Below, piece by piece: positions 1 to 12,800 of a DNA stretch of 64,000 bases (the first letter of the stretch is position 1; the number at the start of each line of letters is the position of its first letter). The notes below the pieces were generated by a model. The model made no database searches, was not told the origin of the DNA, and worked only from the letters and a program-made list of their open reading frames with translations. The translations under genes were made by a program, and so were the position numbers. The stretch comes from Selaginella moellendorffii. Lineage: Eukaryota; Plantae; Lycopodiophyta. The stretch lies in NCBI RefSeq assembly GCF_000143415.4, contig NW_003314262.1, positions 4,834,389 to 4,898,388 on the forward strand, written 5' to 3'.

Positions 1-1749
1 GCTTGCTGGCGGTGGAGTTTTTCGCTGCTGATGCTGCTTTCGTTGACCTCTTCGCGCTCAAGGATGGCAGAATCGGTGGCGGGGCGCCGGAACCAGTCCG
101 GATGTAGTGCACAACCGGAGAAGCTCTTCCTCCCGAGCTGTTCTTCATGTTTGGCTTGGGTGTGCTCGGTGAGCTGAGTATTGTTGGCGGGCGAATGTGA
201 ACCACATTTTTCGCCTTCATGAAAGATGCCGCGGCGGACGCAGGAGCTATCCGTGCTCCAGCCGCAACAGCTGCTGCTTGAACCATTGGATCGGGTCCCA
301 GAAGAGCCCGGTTGGGCATGGAGTTCGTCCGAGCTAGATTACTTGGTTTTACTGCCGGCGACTGTGACACCGACGGTGGTGGTGAGACCTGTACCGATGA
401 AACGCACGTAACTTGTTGGTTTGTCACAACCGAGAGCTTTTGAGCGTTGGTAGTCACTAGAGCCGTAGGCTTGGGCTTGGCTGGCGTGGTGCTCGGGCTC
501 GGTAAACTTGTCCGGCAAACAGCTGGAGTTGGAGATGTGAGCTTTCTCGGCATCGTAACGCTTGCTTTTTCCGTCCGCACTTGTGTCGATTGTACTGCGA
601 GGAAATTGTTCAATGCACCAGAGAAGAGAACATGGAAGAAAATAAACGTACATTGCTTTGGTAGACTCGTTGGCGGAGGTACCACGGGATGCACGGGAAG
701 CCCCGGGATTCCGTTCTGCTCACAAAGCTCCGAAAGAACCTTTGGCTTTTTCAGGCCTTGTTCGCACTGTTGTCCTGGTCCCTGTCTCGCTGGAGCTGCA
801 ATAGCTGGTGGAGGAGCAGTAGTCTCGCGTCGCCTCTTTATCAGCGCCCACCGCTAGCAGATTATCTACATTGTCAGAAGGCATCCAATTTAAAAAGAAG
901 CAAAGAGATCTCTACGTACTTGCGCTAGCTGTGTCGCAGTCCTCTCGTGTTTGAAGACGCTTTTGACAATGGCAGCCCAGTTCCCCTCTCCATACTTTTC
1001 CACGCCGGAAACAAGCTCCTCGTCCTCTTGTGCCGTCCAAGGCTTGCGCTTCGTCCGGTATGAATCCAAGCCCGCAGCTTGAGCGCTCGAAAAGCCAGGA
1101 TATATGGACGTGAGGCCCAACGCAGTCGAGTCGGCATTCGCAAACGCTATGTCTGTGGAGAACCCCATCAAAGCCTGCGAAAAATCACAACCTCAGTGCG
1201 AGAAGATCAAGGAGATAGCCAAAGAGAGAGAAAAAAAAAAACTCTTCGAGAGTTCTTACATTGACATAGCTTGCAGCATCAGCTGATGCTTCCGAAGAGA
1301 CGCTCGGGAAAGCCTCGACATCGAATTCCAGATCACTGTCATCGTCCTGGAAAAACCAAGGTAAAAAAAGAAAAAAAAAATTCGACACTCAGGTGAGAAA
1401 ACCTGGCAATAAGATGAGAGATCGAACCTCCAAAGGGAGCTCTTCTCCGTCGGGATCGAGCTCCTTGCGATAGGCGAGATGCCGCCACAGTGCCTGGTAC
1501 TCGCGCGCATTCTTGATCCCGGTATTGGAATCCTTGACGATCTCGTCCCAGCTCACGCGCCCGCCGGCTTGCTTGGAGACCTCGTACAGCAGCGACAGGA
1601 TCGTGCTAGAATCATACCTGCGACCGAAGAAGAAGATCCATAAACCCTAAACCCCCGGAGAAAGACCGCGCCACGAGAACCAAGGCGGCGAGATACCTCT
1701 TGAGCAGCAGCGTCACATCGCCCTCCGCGATGAAGCCCTTGCGCTTCAT
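1..1749 (-). CDS. Myb/SANT-domain protein, DRMY1-like (multi-exon; 3' end runs off the window start)
   Basis: GT-AG exons 1749-1697, 1617-1428, 1346-1260, 1174-920 and 853 onward splice to MKRKGFIAEGDVTLLLKRYDSSTILSLLYEV...WDEIVKDSNTGIKNAREYQALWRHLAY...DDDSDLEFDVEAFPSVSSEAS...KRKPWTAQEDEELVSGVEKYGEGNWAAI...RTATQLAQRW, with DPMVQAAAVAAGARIAPASAAAS further on. This matches my recollection of the Arabidopsis DRMY1/DP1 family. Introns are 66-85 bp. Confidence 0.88.
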
Positions 1750-2023
1750 CCAAACCGAGCTCTTCCTTTGCCCTGGAAATCGATTCCCCCGAATATGCTT
1801 CGTTAGAACTTTGCCGCTAGAATATACCCCACTTTTGAAAACCCGAACGGTCAGCGACGGTCGTCGCCGTTCAATACCGGTCATCCCGTGAACCTCGGAA
1901 GAACAGCATTACTTTTATTCACGCGTAGAGAAACATATAATTAATCGAGCGGTGGAAGAAGGCTTAGATAGGATGGAAAGATCCAAAAACTTGGGAGTAA
2001 TCGCAAGCGCCTGCGAATTCTCC

Positions 2024-3097
2024 CTAGCAAGGGGCGAATCCGCCGCTGCTCGCCTTCCTCTTGATCGGCGCGGCGGCGTAGAGATCGAAGATGTCGCTGA
2101 GCGCGCTGCGCAGCAAGCTCCCGGGCACGATCAGATCCACCAGCCCGTGCTCGAAACAGTACTCGGCGGTCTGGAAGTTCTCGGGCAATTTCTTGCGCAG
2201 CGTCTGCTGGATCACGCGCCCGCCCGCGAACGCGATGTAGGCCATGGGCTCGGCCATGGCGATGTCGCCCAGCATCCCAAAGCTCGCGGTGATCCCACCC
2301 GTGGTGGGATTCGTGAGAATCGGGATGTAGAGCAGACCCTTTTGGATCTGGTGGACGTCCAGCGCCGCCGAGACCTTGGCCATCTGCATGAGGCTGAGCG
2401 TGCCCTCTTGCATCCTCGCGCCGCCGCTGGAGCACACGATCACGAGCGGGAGCTCCAGGCGAGTGGCGTGCTCCACCAGGCGCGTGATCTTCTCGCCCAC
2501 CACGCTGCCCATGCTACCGCCCATGAACCGGAAATCCATCACGCCCAGCGCGATCTTGGTGCCCATGATCTCGCCCAGCCCCGTCTGGACCGCGTCCGTG
2601 AGCCCGGATCGCTTGCGGTAGCTCACCAGGCGCGTCGCGTAGTCCTCGTCGTCGCGGAAGCCCAGCACGTCCTTGGCCACCATGGTCTCGTCCAGGGGCG
2701 CCCAGGTGCCCGGATCGAGCAGGAGGTCGATGCGATCGCTGCTGCCGCGGCGGAGGTGGTAGCCACACTCGTGGCAGATCCGATTGGGGATGCCGGTGTC
2801 ATCGTCGGACCGGGCGTAGAGCATGGCGCCGCAGGCATCGCAAACGTCCCAGAGGCCCTTGATCATGTTGTTCCTGGCCAGGACGCCGCTGCCGCCCTCG
2901 ACGATCTTGCTGCCCATCTTGTTGAGGAGCGTGGAGGCCCTGTCCATGACCCAGCCCAGCGATCCACCGCCGCCACCGCCACTGCCGCTGCCGCCGCTGC
3001 CACCGCCACCGCCGCCGCCGCTGGAGCTCATGCTGGTGATGGCGAGCGCCGGATTGGGGCGTACCTGGAGGAGCATCGTCGTCGCCATCGCCGCCAT
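2024..3097 (-). CDS. accD: Nuclear-encoded acetyl-CoA carboxylase carboxyltransferase beta subunit with N-terminal transit-peptide-like extension
   Basis: C4 zinc finger (CDACG...CHECG), [45 protein letters not shown] and FQTAEY motifs. Ser/Thr/Ala/Gly-rich, acid-poor N-terminus. GC-rich, intronless, and adjacent to an intron-containing nuclear gene. Confidence 0.95.
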   Translation of the reverse strand: MAAMATTMLLQVRPNPALAITSMSSSGGGGGGGSGGSGSGGGGGGSLGWVMDRASTLLNKMGSKIVEGGSGVLARNNMIKGLWDVCDACGAMLYARSDDDTGIPNRICHECGYHLRRGSSDRIDLLLDPGTWAPLDETMVAKDVLGFRDDEDYATRLVSYRKRSGLTDAVQTGLGEIMGTKIALGVMDFRFMGGSMGSVVGEKITRLVEHATRLELPLVIVCSSGGARMQEGTLSLMQMAKVSAALDVHQIQKGLLYIPILTNPTTGGITASFGMLGDIAMAEPMAYIAFAGGRVIQQTLRKKLPENFQTAEYCFEHGLVDLIVPGSLLRSALSDIFDLYAAAPIKRKASSGGFAPC

Positions 3098-3639
3098 GGC
3101 TCCTCGATCGATCGCTCGATAACGAGGAAGAAAGAGAGAGAACCCTCGGTGCCCCTGACCTCACATTTCCAGTTTAAAAGCCCTTTTAATTTAATGGATG
3201 CCGTTAATTCTAGGGCTTCTTTATTAACGCCAATTTTTGTTCGCTAGATCTTTGCAAGAGTCTTGCAATTTCCATGTAATCCAGGTCCACCACCAGGCTC
3301 TTGATTGGGAAGGGAGATTGTTTTTACCTTGCTAATTTAGATATTATTTCCCAACCATGTAAAGAGAACCAACCTGCAGAACATATAGGAACATTAAAAA
3401 GAAGTGAGAAACGAAGAACAAAGCTTGAATGAATTCCACTGCACACCTCTTGCATCAATCCTTTTCGGAAGTTTGGACTTCACTGTAAAACGGTTCCAAA
3501 GAGAGATTCTTATGTATTTTAAAAATGCTTTCTTTCATTTTTCTCGTAGAGCATTTCCGCTCTGTACCTGTGGCAAAGATTATTAGTATACAATGATAGA
3601 TACAAAACATACCCTATGAAACTAGCAAACAAAGCTTGT

Positions 3640-4740
3640 CTCTTGGCTTCCAGCGCAACCCTTGCTTGTCACACAACCAATTCTTTTGCAGCAACATGGC
3701 ATTAGTTCTTTGGCCGACTGTTCTGCTGCTGCTTCTGCATTTGCCAGCTTCAACCCCTGTGCCGTTGCATCCATCCCCTCCATCTGAGCAGCCTTGCGTT
3801 TAGTAGCATTAGCGGCAGCCGCAGCTGCTTTTCGGACTGCTGTTTAGATATTCTTTGTGCCGGGTTTAAATTTCATTAGAGACATGCAGTTATTCCTCTC
3901 CACTTGCCATCATCTTCTTCCAGAATTCAACAAAGTGAAATACAAACTTTGTCATCGTGATGCCTCCCGAATTATGTTACTTGATCACGTGGTCAATGAA
4001 CTTGTTCAGACTGCGAAACTCGATCCTAAATAATAGATGAGAAGTTCTGCAAGCTCATGGGAGCAGCATTCTCCCAACCTTCTCATGGTCATGCCAATAA
4101 GCTGCTCTTGGAAACTTGTGGTAAGCTATAAAGTGTTCCCTTAGGCCGAGCCTCTAACATGTTATAGACCATGTCTGCTTCCATTTCTTTGGAACCAACC
4201 AACCACAAACTAAACTGTTGATGAGAATCAGTTGCTTTTTTGTCTGTAGGCTTCATCCTTCGTGAGTGTGTCTGCATTGTCAATGACCAAGACCAAAAGG
4301 CAAAGTTGTGCTCCTATGTACCTCCACCACTTCCAGCACCATCCTGCTCTTAAAATCTGCTCCCTACCTATGGGCTTCCCATTATGTGGTGTTGATATAT
4401 TTGTACTCCAATGTAGTGTATGTATTCATGTTGAAATACATGATAGCTCTCCCTCTTCAGTGAGTACACATGTTGTCTTGCCCAACCCTGGCTTCCCATC
4501 ATTCAAAACAAGCCTTGGTTTACTGTTCATGATCTTAAGAAAATCTTCATGCTCTACCTCAGACATATCTACATATACCATTGGTTTCTTAGGGGGTGGC
4601 AAATCTGGGTATTCTGAGAACAATAATGTGCAAATTACACATGGTCTTTCAAACTTTACTTTGCACCGAAATGCAAAAGACTGTGGAGACCCAAAACATT
4701 GCACAAGACAAAGCTGGTGTGATAAGTGGTGACAAGCTTG
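3640..4740 (-). pseudogene. Degenerate P-loop NTPase (STAND/AAA-like) gene fragment
   Basis: Walker A RLVLNDGKPGLGKTT (~4460-4500) and, in the same frame past a stop, Walker B LLVLVIDNAD (~4270-4300). Several stops; Ala-rich/Cys-rich tail near 3640-3850. Confidence 0.55.
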
Positions 4741-5764
4741 AAAAAACTAAGAAAAATTAGTTTAAAGGAATTGCCAAACTCACTTCACAGAAAATTCACT
4801 GCAATATGAGCATGGGAGTGCTAGTTTAAATAAAATTAATAATTTTAATAATATTTAGATCTGTATATCTAATATTAGTGGCAATAGTTGCTATTAAATA
4901 GAGGTTTTTTCTTATCAAAATATTTAAAGAAAAATATTATTTTAATATTTAATAATTAGTTTGTATACTAATTATTTTATGATTTAAATTTATATTAAAT
5001 TTTTATTATTACAAGAAAATCCCTTTGAGTGTAATTACAAGAAATGCCCTATGTTATTTTAGATGTAATTCATAAATAAAAATTTATTTATATTATTATA
5101 AATTTGAATACAATACTAGTATATAATTCTTTTTCAATGTTATGAACACCTTATGTTTGGTGATGAATCCAAATTTTAACATTTGGATCTATCGTAAGAA
5201 ATATATAATATACAAAATATATATGGTTGTAAGGGATGAAAGACTTACAAAAATTTTGATATTGAAGGAAATATGTGCAAACTTGTGAATTAGAGTTTAT
5301 TGTGATGTTGTAGATCCATAACTAAGTATTGTACATTCATAATAACAATATTTTTGTTTGATGTTAACACTTTTAACTTTCAATTGTAATGCTTTTAAGT
5401 ATGTTGCCCTTTAACTAATTATTTAATTTTCACATTGTGAAACATAAATCCTCATGCTCCAAATGGAGCTGAAAGAGTGCCACATAGTTGTGGTCAAAGT
5501 GGAAGTCTAACAAACATAATACATTTAGACCAAAAACTCCGAATCAGAAAGTTATGAGAGGGAGTGGAACTCCTAAAGAAATGCTCAAGAAACGAATACA
5601 AAATTACTAATGAATAAATCTTTAGAAAAGGACATAAGAGGGATTGACACATGGTAAATGTCATGAGATGGGGAAGTGTTGGGATTAACTCCAAGATGGA
5701 GTCTAAAAAAGAGTCCGAGATAGATTTTGAGATGAGGACTGAGATCAAAATTGAGATTAAGACT

Positions 5765-6151
5765 TGTCAAGACCCCCAACAAGATCAAGACTGGAAAATG
5801 CAAAAGACAAAGAGAAAAACTAGTGGAAACAAAGAAAAGGCCTTAAATTGGTGTTGATTCAGATTGTGGAGAAATGAAACAAGGCTAATTTATATATACT
5901 ATAGGTTGATAAAGCTCCACCACTCTTGGATCGAGGACAGCCTAAATATAGCTGAGGTCGAGGAGGCGCCACATCATCATCAGGAATGTGGCTCAAGACT
6001 CAGGAATTGTACAGGAAATCAGAGAATTAGGAATAGGGAAAAGTCTCGAGAGTCAGGAATAGGGAAGTGTCTCGAGAATCAGGAATATGGTCTGCAGGTC
6101 AGGAATCCAGCGAGATTCAGGAATGTGGTATGAATTGGGGGATTCCTAACA
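5765..6151 (-). mobile_element. Solo LTR of the Tcn1-like chromovirus family
   Basis: 387 bp, TGTCAAGACC...CCTAACA, closely similar to LTRs 17343-17729 and 22490-22876. TSD AGACT/AGACC. Confidence 0.93.
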
Positions 6152-6819
6152 AGACCGAGACTAAGACCAAGACCAAGTCTAAGTTTGAGATCAAGTTTGA
6201 GTCTAAGTTCAAGTCTGAGTCCAAGTCCGAGTCCGAAAGTGAAAGCCCAAAGTAATCATCTCTCAAACCTTGGAGGGTTTAGTGAGCTCCAAAAGGATAG
6301 TAGGGGGAGGACTCTAATGGAACCAGTTTGGCCAAAAAAGGTTAGTGTGATCAAGGAAGGCTATACCCATGTGGTAAGTGTTGATATAACCACTGAGGAG
6401 TCCAAAACTAAAGTGAAAATCAATGGATAAATGGGATAACTTGGTGAAATGTTTAAGAGTTGGCTTTAGCTCATTCGAGAGATCAAAAGGTCAATACTCC
6501 CAATCCAAGTGTGGGTGGCACTACCTACTTGGATATTTGATATGACTCATCAAAACCTCACTTTAACTACATGGCTAGGACATATAAAGGTAAAAGGTGG
6601 GGAGAGTACGTATGAGATTCGCATAGGGCCACAGTGTTTTAAAATGTCATTCCAAAGTCTCAAATTATGGAAAGGAAGAGGAGTAATCCTCTTGGGTAGT
6701 GATTGAGGATACGATCACATTATATGGAAGTCCTAGAGGTCAGTGGGACTTAATGGTTAAATCTTCAAGATTTGACCTTGTGGTGGTGTTAGTGAATATA
6801 GCCATGGATAGAGGGGGGC

Positions 6820-9800
6820 TGTCGAGAATGTGACTTTGGGTATCGAAAGTTACCTGTCGACCGGTCCTTACGGACACTCTTTCCTTATTGCCATGACGGC
6901 AGGAGGTTAGTATTGCTGGTTCCTTTATCAGCCCCTCTTGTTCAAGTGTTAGTTTACTGGGCTTAGCACCTGTACTTAGCCAGATGGACATAAGGTAGGA
7001 ACTCCTATGTGTTTCTAGCTGAGCATACTCGGCTTGGCTCTTAGTTCTCTTTTGCTTTATCTTGCACTGGCTTGACAAGAACCCTCACGTATTGAGATTA
7101 GTCCCTCAATATCGCTGGATGATAGCTTACCATGTCTACCAAACACCCTCGTTATCATGCCCTTTGTGTTAGTCTCATTTTGGTCCCAAATGCTATTTAT
7201 GGAAAATGTCTAGATTTGTTCATTTGGCATATCTACGGAATGTAGAGATTGGCTTGAACACAATGGTGTTCGCCCCATGTCCAAATTCGCATTCTAGCGC
7301 CATTCTATATTTAGTAAGTTTCAAGCTTGTCCCATAGACTAACTCCTGATACTAAGGGAGGCTTGGGGTGAAAGCCCAAAGCGTGTGTTCCTCAAGGGGG
7401 GGGGGGGGGGGGGGCCCCCCCAATCCTCTTTGCGTTTCCAAATTTTTATTAGGACACGGGGGAAGTCTGGGACTCTCCAAAAAATTTTGGGCAAATTTTA
7501 CCCCCCCCTATGGGGTTTACCCCACTTAAATCCCTAGCGGGGGGTTAAACCCAAATTCTATTCTAATGTCCAGNNNNNNNNNNNNNNNNNNNNNNNNNNN
7601 NNNNNNNNNNNNNNNNNNNNNNNNNNNNNNNNNNNNNNNNNNNNNNNNNNNNNNNNNNNNNNNNNNNNNNNNNNNNNNNNNNNNNNNNNNNNNNNNNNNN
7701 NNNNNNNNNNNNNNNNNNNNNNNNNNNNNNNNNNNNNNNNNNNNNNNNNNNNNNNNNNNNNNNNNNNNNNNNNNNNNNNNNNNNNNNNNNNNNNNNNNNN
7801 NNNNNNNNNNNNNNNNNNNNNNNNNNNNNNNNNNNNNNNNNNNNNNNNNNNNNNNNNNNNNNNNNNNNNNNNNNNNNNNNNNNNNGTACCCATATCCTCA
7901 CGTTAGGCCATCGGTATGCCGAAATAACGCCAAACTCCATTTAGCTCCGTTTTGCGTGCTGGTCCTGGCATTGGGATGCTGGTTACTCTAGGACTGTTCC
8001 AAGTCACTCTGGGCTCCTGTCCGTTCGCTCCTTGGGCTGTATGCTCGGGAGTTGCTCCGTGGTTCGGTTTTGTCACTCCTTGGCTTCAAGCTTGGGAGTT
8101 TGGCACCGTTCTTTCGCTCAGTGGTCCAGGGCCCTGAACCTTGGGTTCTGCACCACTGTCCTTTGGACACGTGGCATGTGACACGTGGCATCTGTCATGT
8201 GGCACAAAGAGGGTTTAGGTTCCACTTCATGGTGTTATCCTATGGTAAATCACCATATGATAAAGGGTAAAAACCACATGTGCTACATTTGGTATCAGGG
8301 CAACTAGTCTTATTGCATACGTAGAGATGAAAACGATAATCCGAGTGGGTACACGTTTTGGTGCAAAGACTTCGCATTGCTTCCTTAGGATAGGTTTTGG
8401 TTACCTTTTTGTTCCATATTATGTGAGCTTGCTCTTGGGCTCATAGGGTGGACTGAGTTGTTCCGTTTACACGAGTTTGCTCTTGGGCTTGTGAGTGAGG
8501 CACATTAGCAACTCGAGGTTATACTTTGAGTTGGCAGGATTAATGTTAGCCTATCAATGGTTCCATGAGTTGTTCCATGTACCATGGGTGAAAGCAAACC
8601 TCTTTGGGTTTGCTATGAGTGGCAAATAGGCTGGTCCGTAGCTGTTTAGCACGGCATTAATGGATCCTTCCTAAGCATGATTATGAGTGGATCAATCAAG
8701 GTTGTAGGGATTAGTCTATTGATTCAAGTAATCATTGCCGTGCTCTCTCATAAACTTTTCTTGGATTGGACTGAAGGCAGTGCGAAAGCAAGCTTGAGGT
8801 TTAGTCAAAGATGAGGCCAAAAAGAGAGTTGTCGAAGACGAAGGATCAAACATGTAAATCATCTTCTTTGCTTGGAGGGATGATTTGCAATGAGGTGTTA
8901 ACTCATTGCTCACATCATGCAATCAAGAGTCCCTACCTTGATGCATATTGGAAATGATGGTCTTACAAGTGGTGAGTTATGGGATGGATAGCGGTGAAGC
9001 GTTATACCATTTTGTCTAGGCTTGCTATTGGAAGACTTGGGTTGCAATGCTCAATTCTTTTCTAGGGAACCTTGCTATTGCTCCTTGAGTAGCTTGGTGT
9101 TGGATTAGTTTTGAGTTTGGTCGGAAAGAGAGTGGCATGAGCTTGGCCGTGTTGTGAACAAAAGTTAGTGGTGTTTGGTGTTATAAATCTCTATCGGTGG
9201 AGTGTGGCATTTATGTTGCATTTTGTCAAATCGAGTTGACACTTGATACTCACATAAACTTTTGAAGTAATGATATAGGCATTGCTTGTGGTGTTGCTCA
9301 ATTGATGATCAAGTCATTGTGATGCTTATATTATATCCATGTGATAATAAGTAATGCGTTTACGAAATTGCTTGGTTAAATGATGATTAACCCCAAGGTG
9401 GTTGATGGTGAAGCTAGTCTACTTGCATATAGTAGCATTGTAGTAGCCTTGATTGGATTCTCGATAGTGGTCCATTATGTTAAACTTAAGTTGGTTCCTT
9501 GTTCTTGAGGGTTTGCCCATAAGGTGTTGGAAAAAGGGTTGTAGCATTCATTTATTATAACTCATCAGTTGATCCGTTAGCACTAGTAGATTGTTGGATG
9601 GAGAAGGTGTGTAATTGAGGCATTGACATTGCTAGCACTTGTGTTAGTGGAAGTGGCATTGTTAATTTGAGTGATAAGGAATTTTCCTTAGACCTTGATT
9701 TTCCGTGCCATTTTTCTTGTTAGTGTTTTGGCTTCACATTGGATCTTGAAGGTGATTGAAGAAGAGTGTTAGTGCAATGTGGATGTCCAAAGATGTGGTC

Positions 9801-12800
9801 TTTGTGATCAAGCTTTAGATGTTCATTTAGCACTTTGCGGATGTCGGTGTTAGATATCGGGAAAATGGGCAAAGATGTTTGATGCTTAAGCATGCTATTG
9901 GGTCATAAGAATCTGTGTTGAGGTGAGCCTATATAAAGTTGTTGGTAGGAGGAAGTTGGTTGAGTCTTGAAAGTTTGCATTCCTAGACTAAGAGTCATAC
10001 TTTCTCTGGGATTGGAAATTTTCCACAAATTTTCTTAAGCTTTTCCAATGGTTGATCTGTTGGTCACTTTTCTCGAAAACCATTCCGTTTTCGTAAGCCA
10101 ATACAAACTATTGAAGGGGTTAGAGTTGGGCTTAGACTTTAGTAAGTAGTTTGTATGATGCAGCTCGAAAGGGATGCTAATTATTAGGGCTAAAGCAATT
10201 GAGTTGGATAGAGTTTGGAGTTAGTGTAGAAAAGTGGCCGTTACGCTTTTTTAAGAAGGTGACCTTTGTGCCTTTCTTCTATAGCATTGTGCTTGGTGGC
10301 AGGTTGCACCTTGCATTTCATTAAGACTCTATGAGAGTAATGAGCTTTCATTGATTTTGATTTGGCCTTGGTGGCACTATACCTTGGCTGAGGATGGTGA
10401 TGTCCAACTTAGTTGTTTGAGGTTGAAATGTTAGTACCTATACTATAGCTTTGTCTATGAGAAGGTTGTGTACCGATATGAGTCCATCTCGTGGTCTTCA
10501 CTTTAGTTTTGGCTAAGTGTTAATTATGCATAGTTAGCCTTTTCAAGGCATGCTTAGAGCTATTAGCTAAATGTTTTAGTGAGCTTATTGCAGTTGAGTT
10601 GGATTCGAGTGGTCATTTAGTTTGTGCTTGTCTATGAACTTTTATCTCGTACCTGGGGTATCACGTTCATATTGGACAAGTGTATAACTTGATGACAAGA
10701 GTTGGTGTTTGGGTCTTGTGAAGGCAAGTTGAAGAGTGATTATTGGTTGCTTTGCAACTAATGGTTGCTGGCAGACTTTGTCAAAGGACTATGACACTTG
10801 CTTTACTTGATGATAATTTAGTAGTGATGGGCTTGTTTACTTGATGGTGTTGCGGAGGATCGTGTTGTGGCTTGCATGGGTTTTCCATGTTAGGATATCA
10901 ATTCCTCTATCGACGTCATTTGGTTATGTTTAGTCTGTAGTGTTGGATTACATTGAATCTTGGACGTGGTGAATCACTCCTTGATGATGTGTTACCTATA
11001 GTTGAGTATTATTGAAGAACTTGTCTCAGATACTGACTAAAGTATCTTCGACTTTGGTTAACTTGGTTGCAAGAGAGTTTTGAGTGGTGATTCACTCTAT
11101 CTTTCTTCTAGCTTTGTTATAGTGTTAATGGCATTGAAGTGATGGCTTGTCATTGATATTATTGATGTTGAGAATCAAGTGAAATGAGATGTCTCTTCAT
11201 AGGATTGATGTTGAGTTTCATTAGTCTCAATGAAGATAGTGTTGATGATTTGGCTATGGCTTTGTGTTATTCACATTTGTACAATTGCTAGTTAGCAACT
11301 GTATTGATGTTCAAACAAGCTGAGTGGTAAGTTTAAGTTAGTTGTGTTTTAGACAAGATTGTTTAGTAGGGGTTGAGCTTTGAGCTTTTCCTTGAAAAGT
11401 GATTCAGTTGTGGACTATGCTAACTCTACGAGTGGAAGAATTAGTGATTGATATTAAAATGTTGAGTCCTTATTGGATTTGAGTTGGAATATATTGATCA
11501 TTGATGATTTATCTTGTGCTTGTTACGATATGCATTACATCTTGCTATAGATGGATTCATGGAGGATCAGTTTAGTGATCACTTGTTGAGCATAGCTCCA
11601 TTATGCTTCGCTTTTGGATTGATGCAGATATGTTCTTCATTAGCTTTGGTATTATGAAGTTTAGCTTATGGATGTGTTGAGGAGAATATTGTGGGTTGTA
11701 CCATGATTTCTTCTTAGCATTGAAGTTAGTTCATGCGAGACTCATGATCATTGTTAAAACAACACTTGGCTATAAACTTCTTCGAACTTTCGGTTCCTTG
11801 AGTTTTTATGCTCATTGTTCCATTTGTTTGAAGTTGTTGGGGAAAGCATTTTGGCTCATTAGCTTCGATGTTGAAATTAGCTTTTGCATCTAGCAATCAT
11901 TGGTGATGATTGACTATCATCTAGGATAGTTGATTATCCTTGTCGAACATTTTGCTTAATTATCGTTAATTTATAATGATTTGCCATTCTCTTTCTTCGA
12001 TAATGATTATGCATTTCTCTATGGATGGGATGATTGATGATCTTTCATGATAGTTAGTTGTTTCCTTTGATGGCTTATGGCTTTTCGCAATACCATATGT
12101 TCTTTATGGTTTGCTCTGGATTGGTTTCTTGGGTTTGAGACATCAGTAGAATGTTGCTAACGCTTGCTAAGGCAACTTGAGTTCCTTGGTATTGTTGACT
12201 GGGATCTATTCGAATTGACTGATGCGATAGTTGGCATAAATGAGTGTTTGTTGGTCTTACCAAATTCATTCTATTTTGTTGATTGTTGCTCGAGTTATTT
12301 CTGATAGATTAGGATGTTATTTCCTTTGAGTGATACATTCGTGAGCATTTTGCTTGCCAGTCGATGATACTTTATGTTCTTTGAGTTACCTTTCGTAAGT
12401 TGTTTGGCATTCTATCTGCAATATTTGATAGTTAAGTTTTATCATTGCATTTACTTGATGATATATTTGCTATTGTGTTTTGTGTGATAGTGAATCCTAT
12501 GTTTTCCAATGATAGTGCTCTTGGTGGTTCCTATCTATTCTAATACTAGTTTATCGAATGATAACTTACTTGGAATACTTTGTGTTCTAATCTAAGATTT
12601 ATTCATTGATAATTACGACTCTAAGATATCATTGTCTATAACTTTGATATAGTCCATATATTGATCTCTAAAGTTTGGGCCAGTATAGGCAGATTAGCTT
12701 CGGCACTTCGTGTGCATGTTGAAATCTCTAGTCATGGGGTAGCTACTATTGACTGGTCACATAACCCGCCTCTCTGTCGATGTTTTTTATTCCGTTCAAA

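Noticed and set aside
1952-3247. 431-aa plus-strand ORF
   Set aside because: Antisense shadow of the GC3-rich accD; no independent motifs.
7414-7573. Novel sequence inside the family B 5' LTR
   Set aside because: Lies between a poly-G tract and the N gap; most likely low-quality read end.
7558-7991. ORFs spanning X runs (also 56048-56281)
   Set aside because: Artefacts of N gaps.
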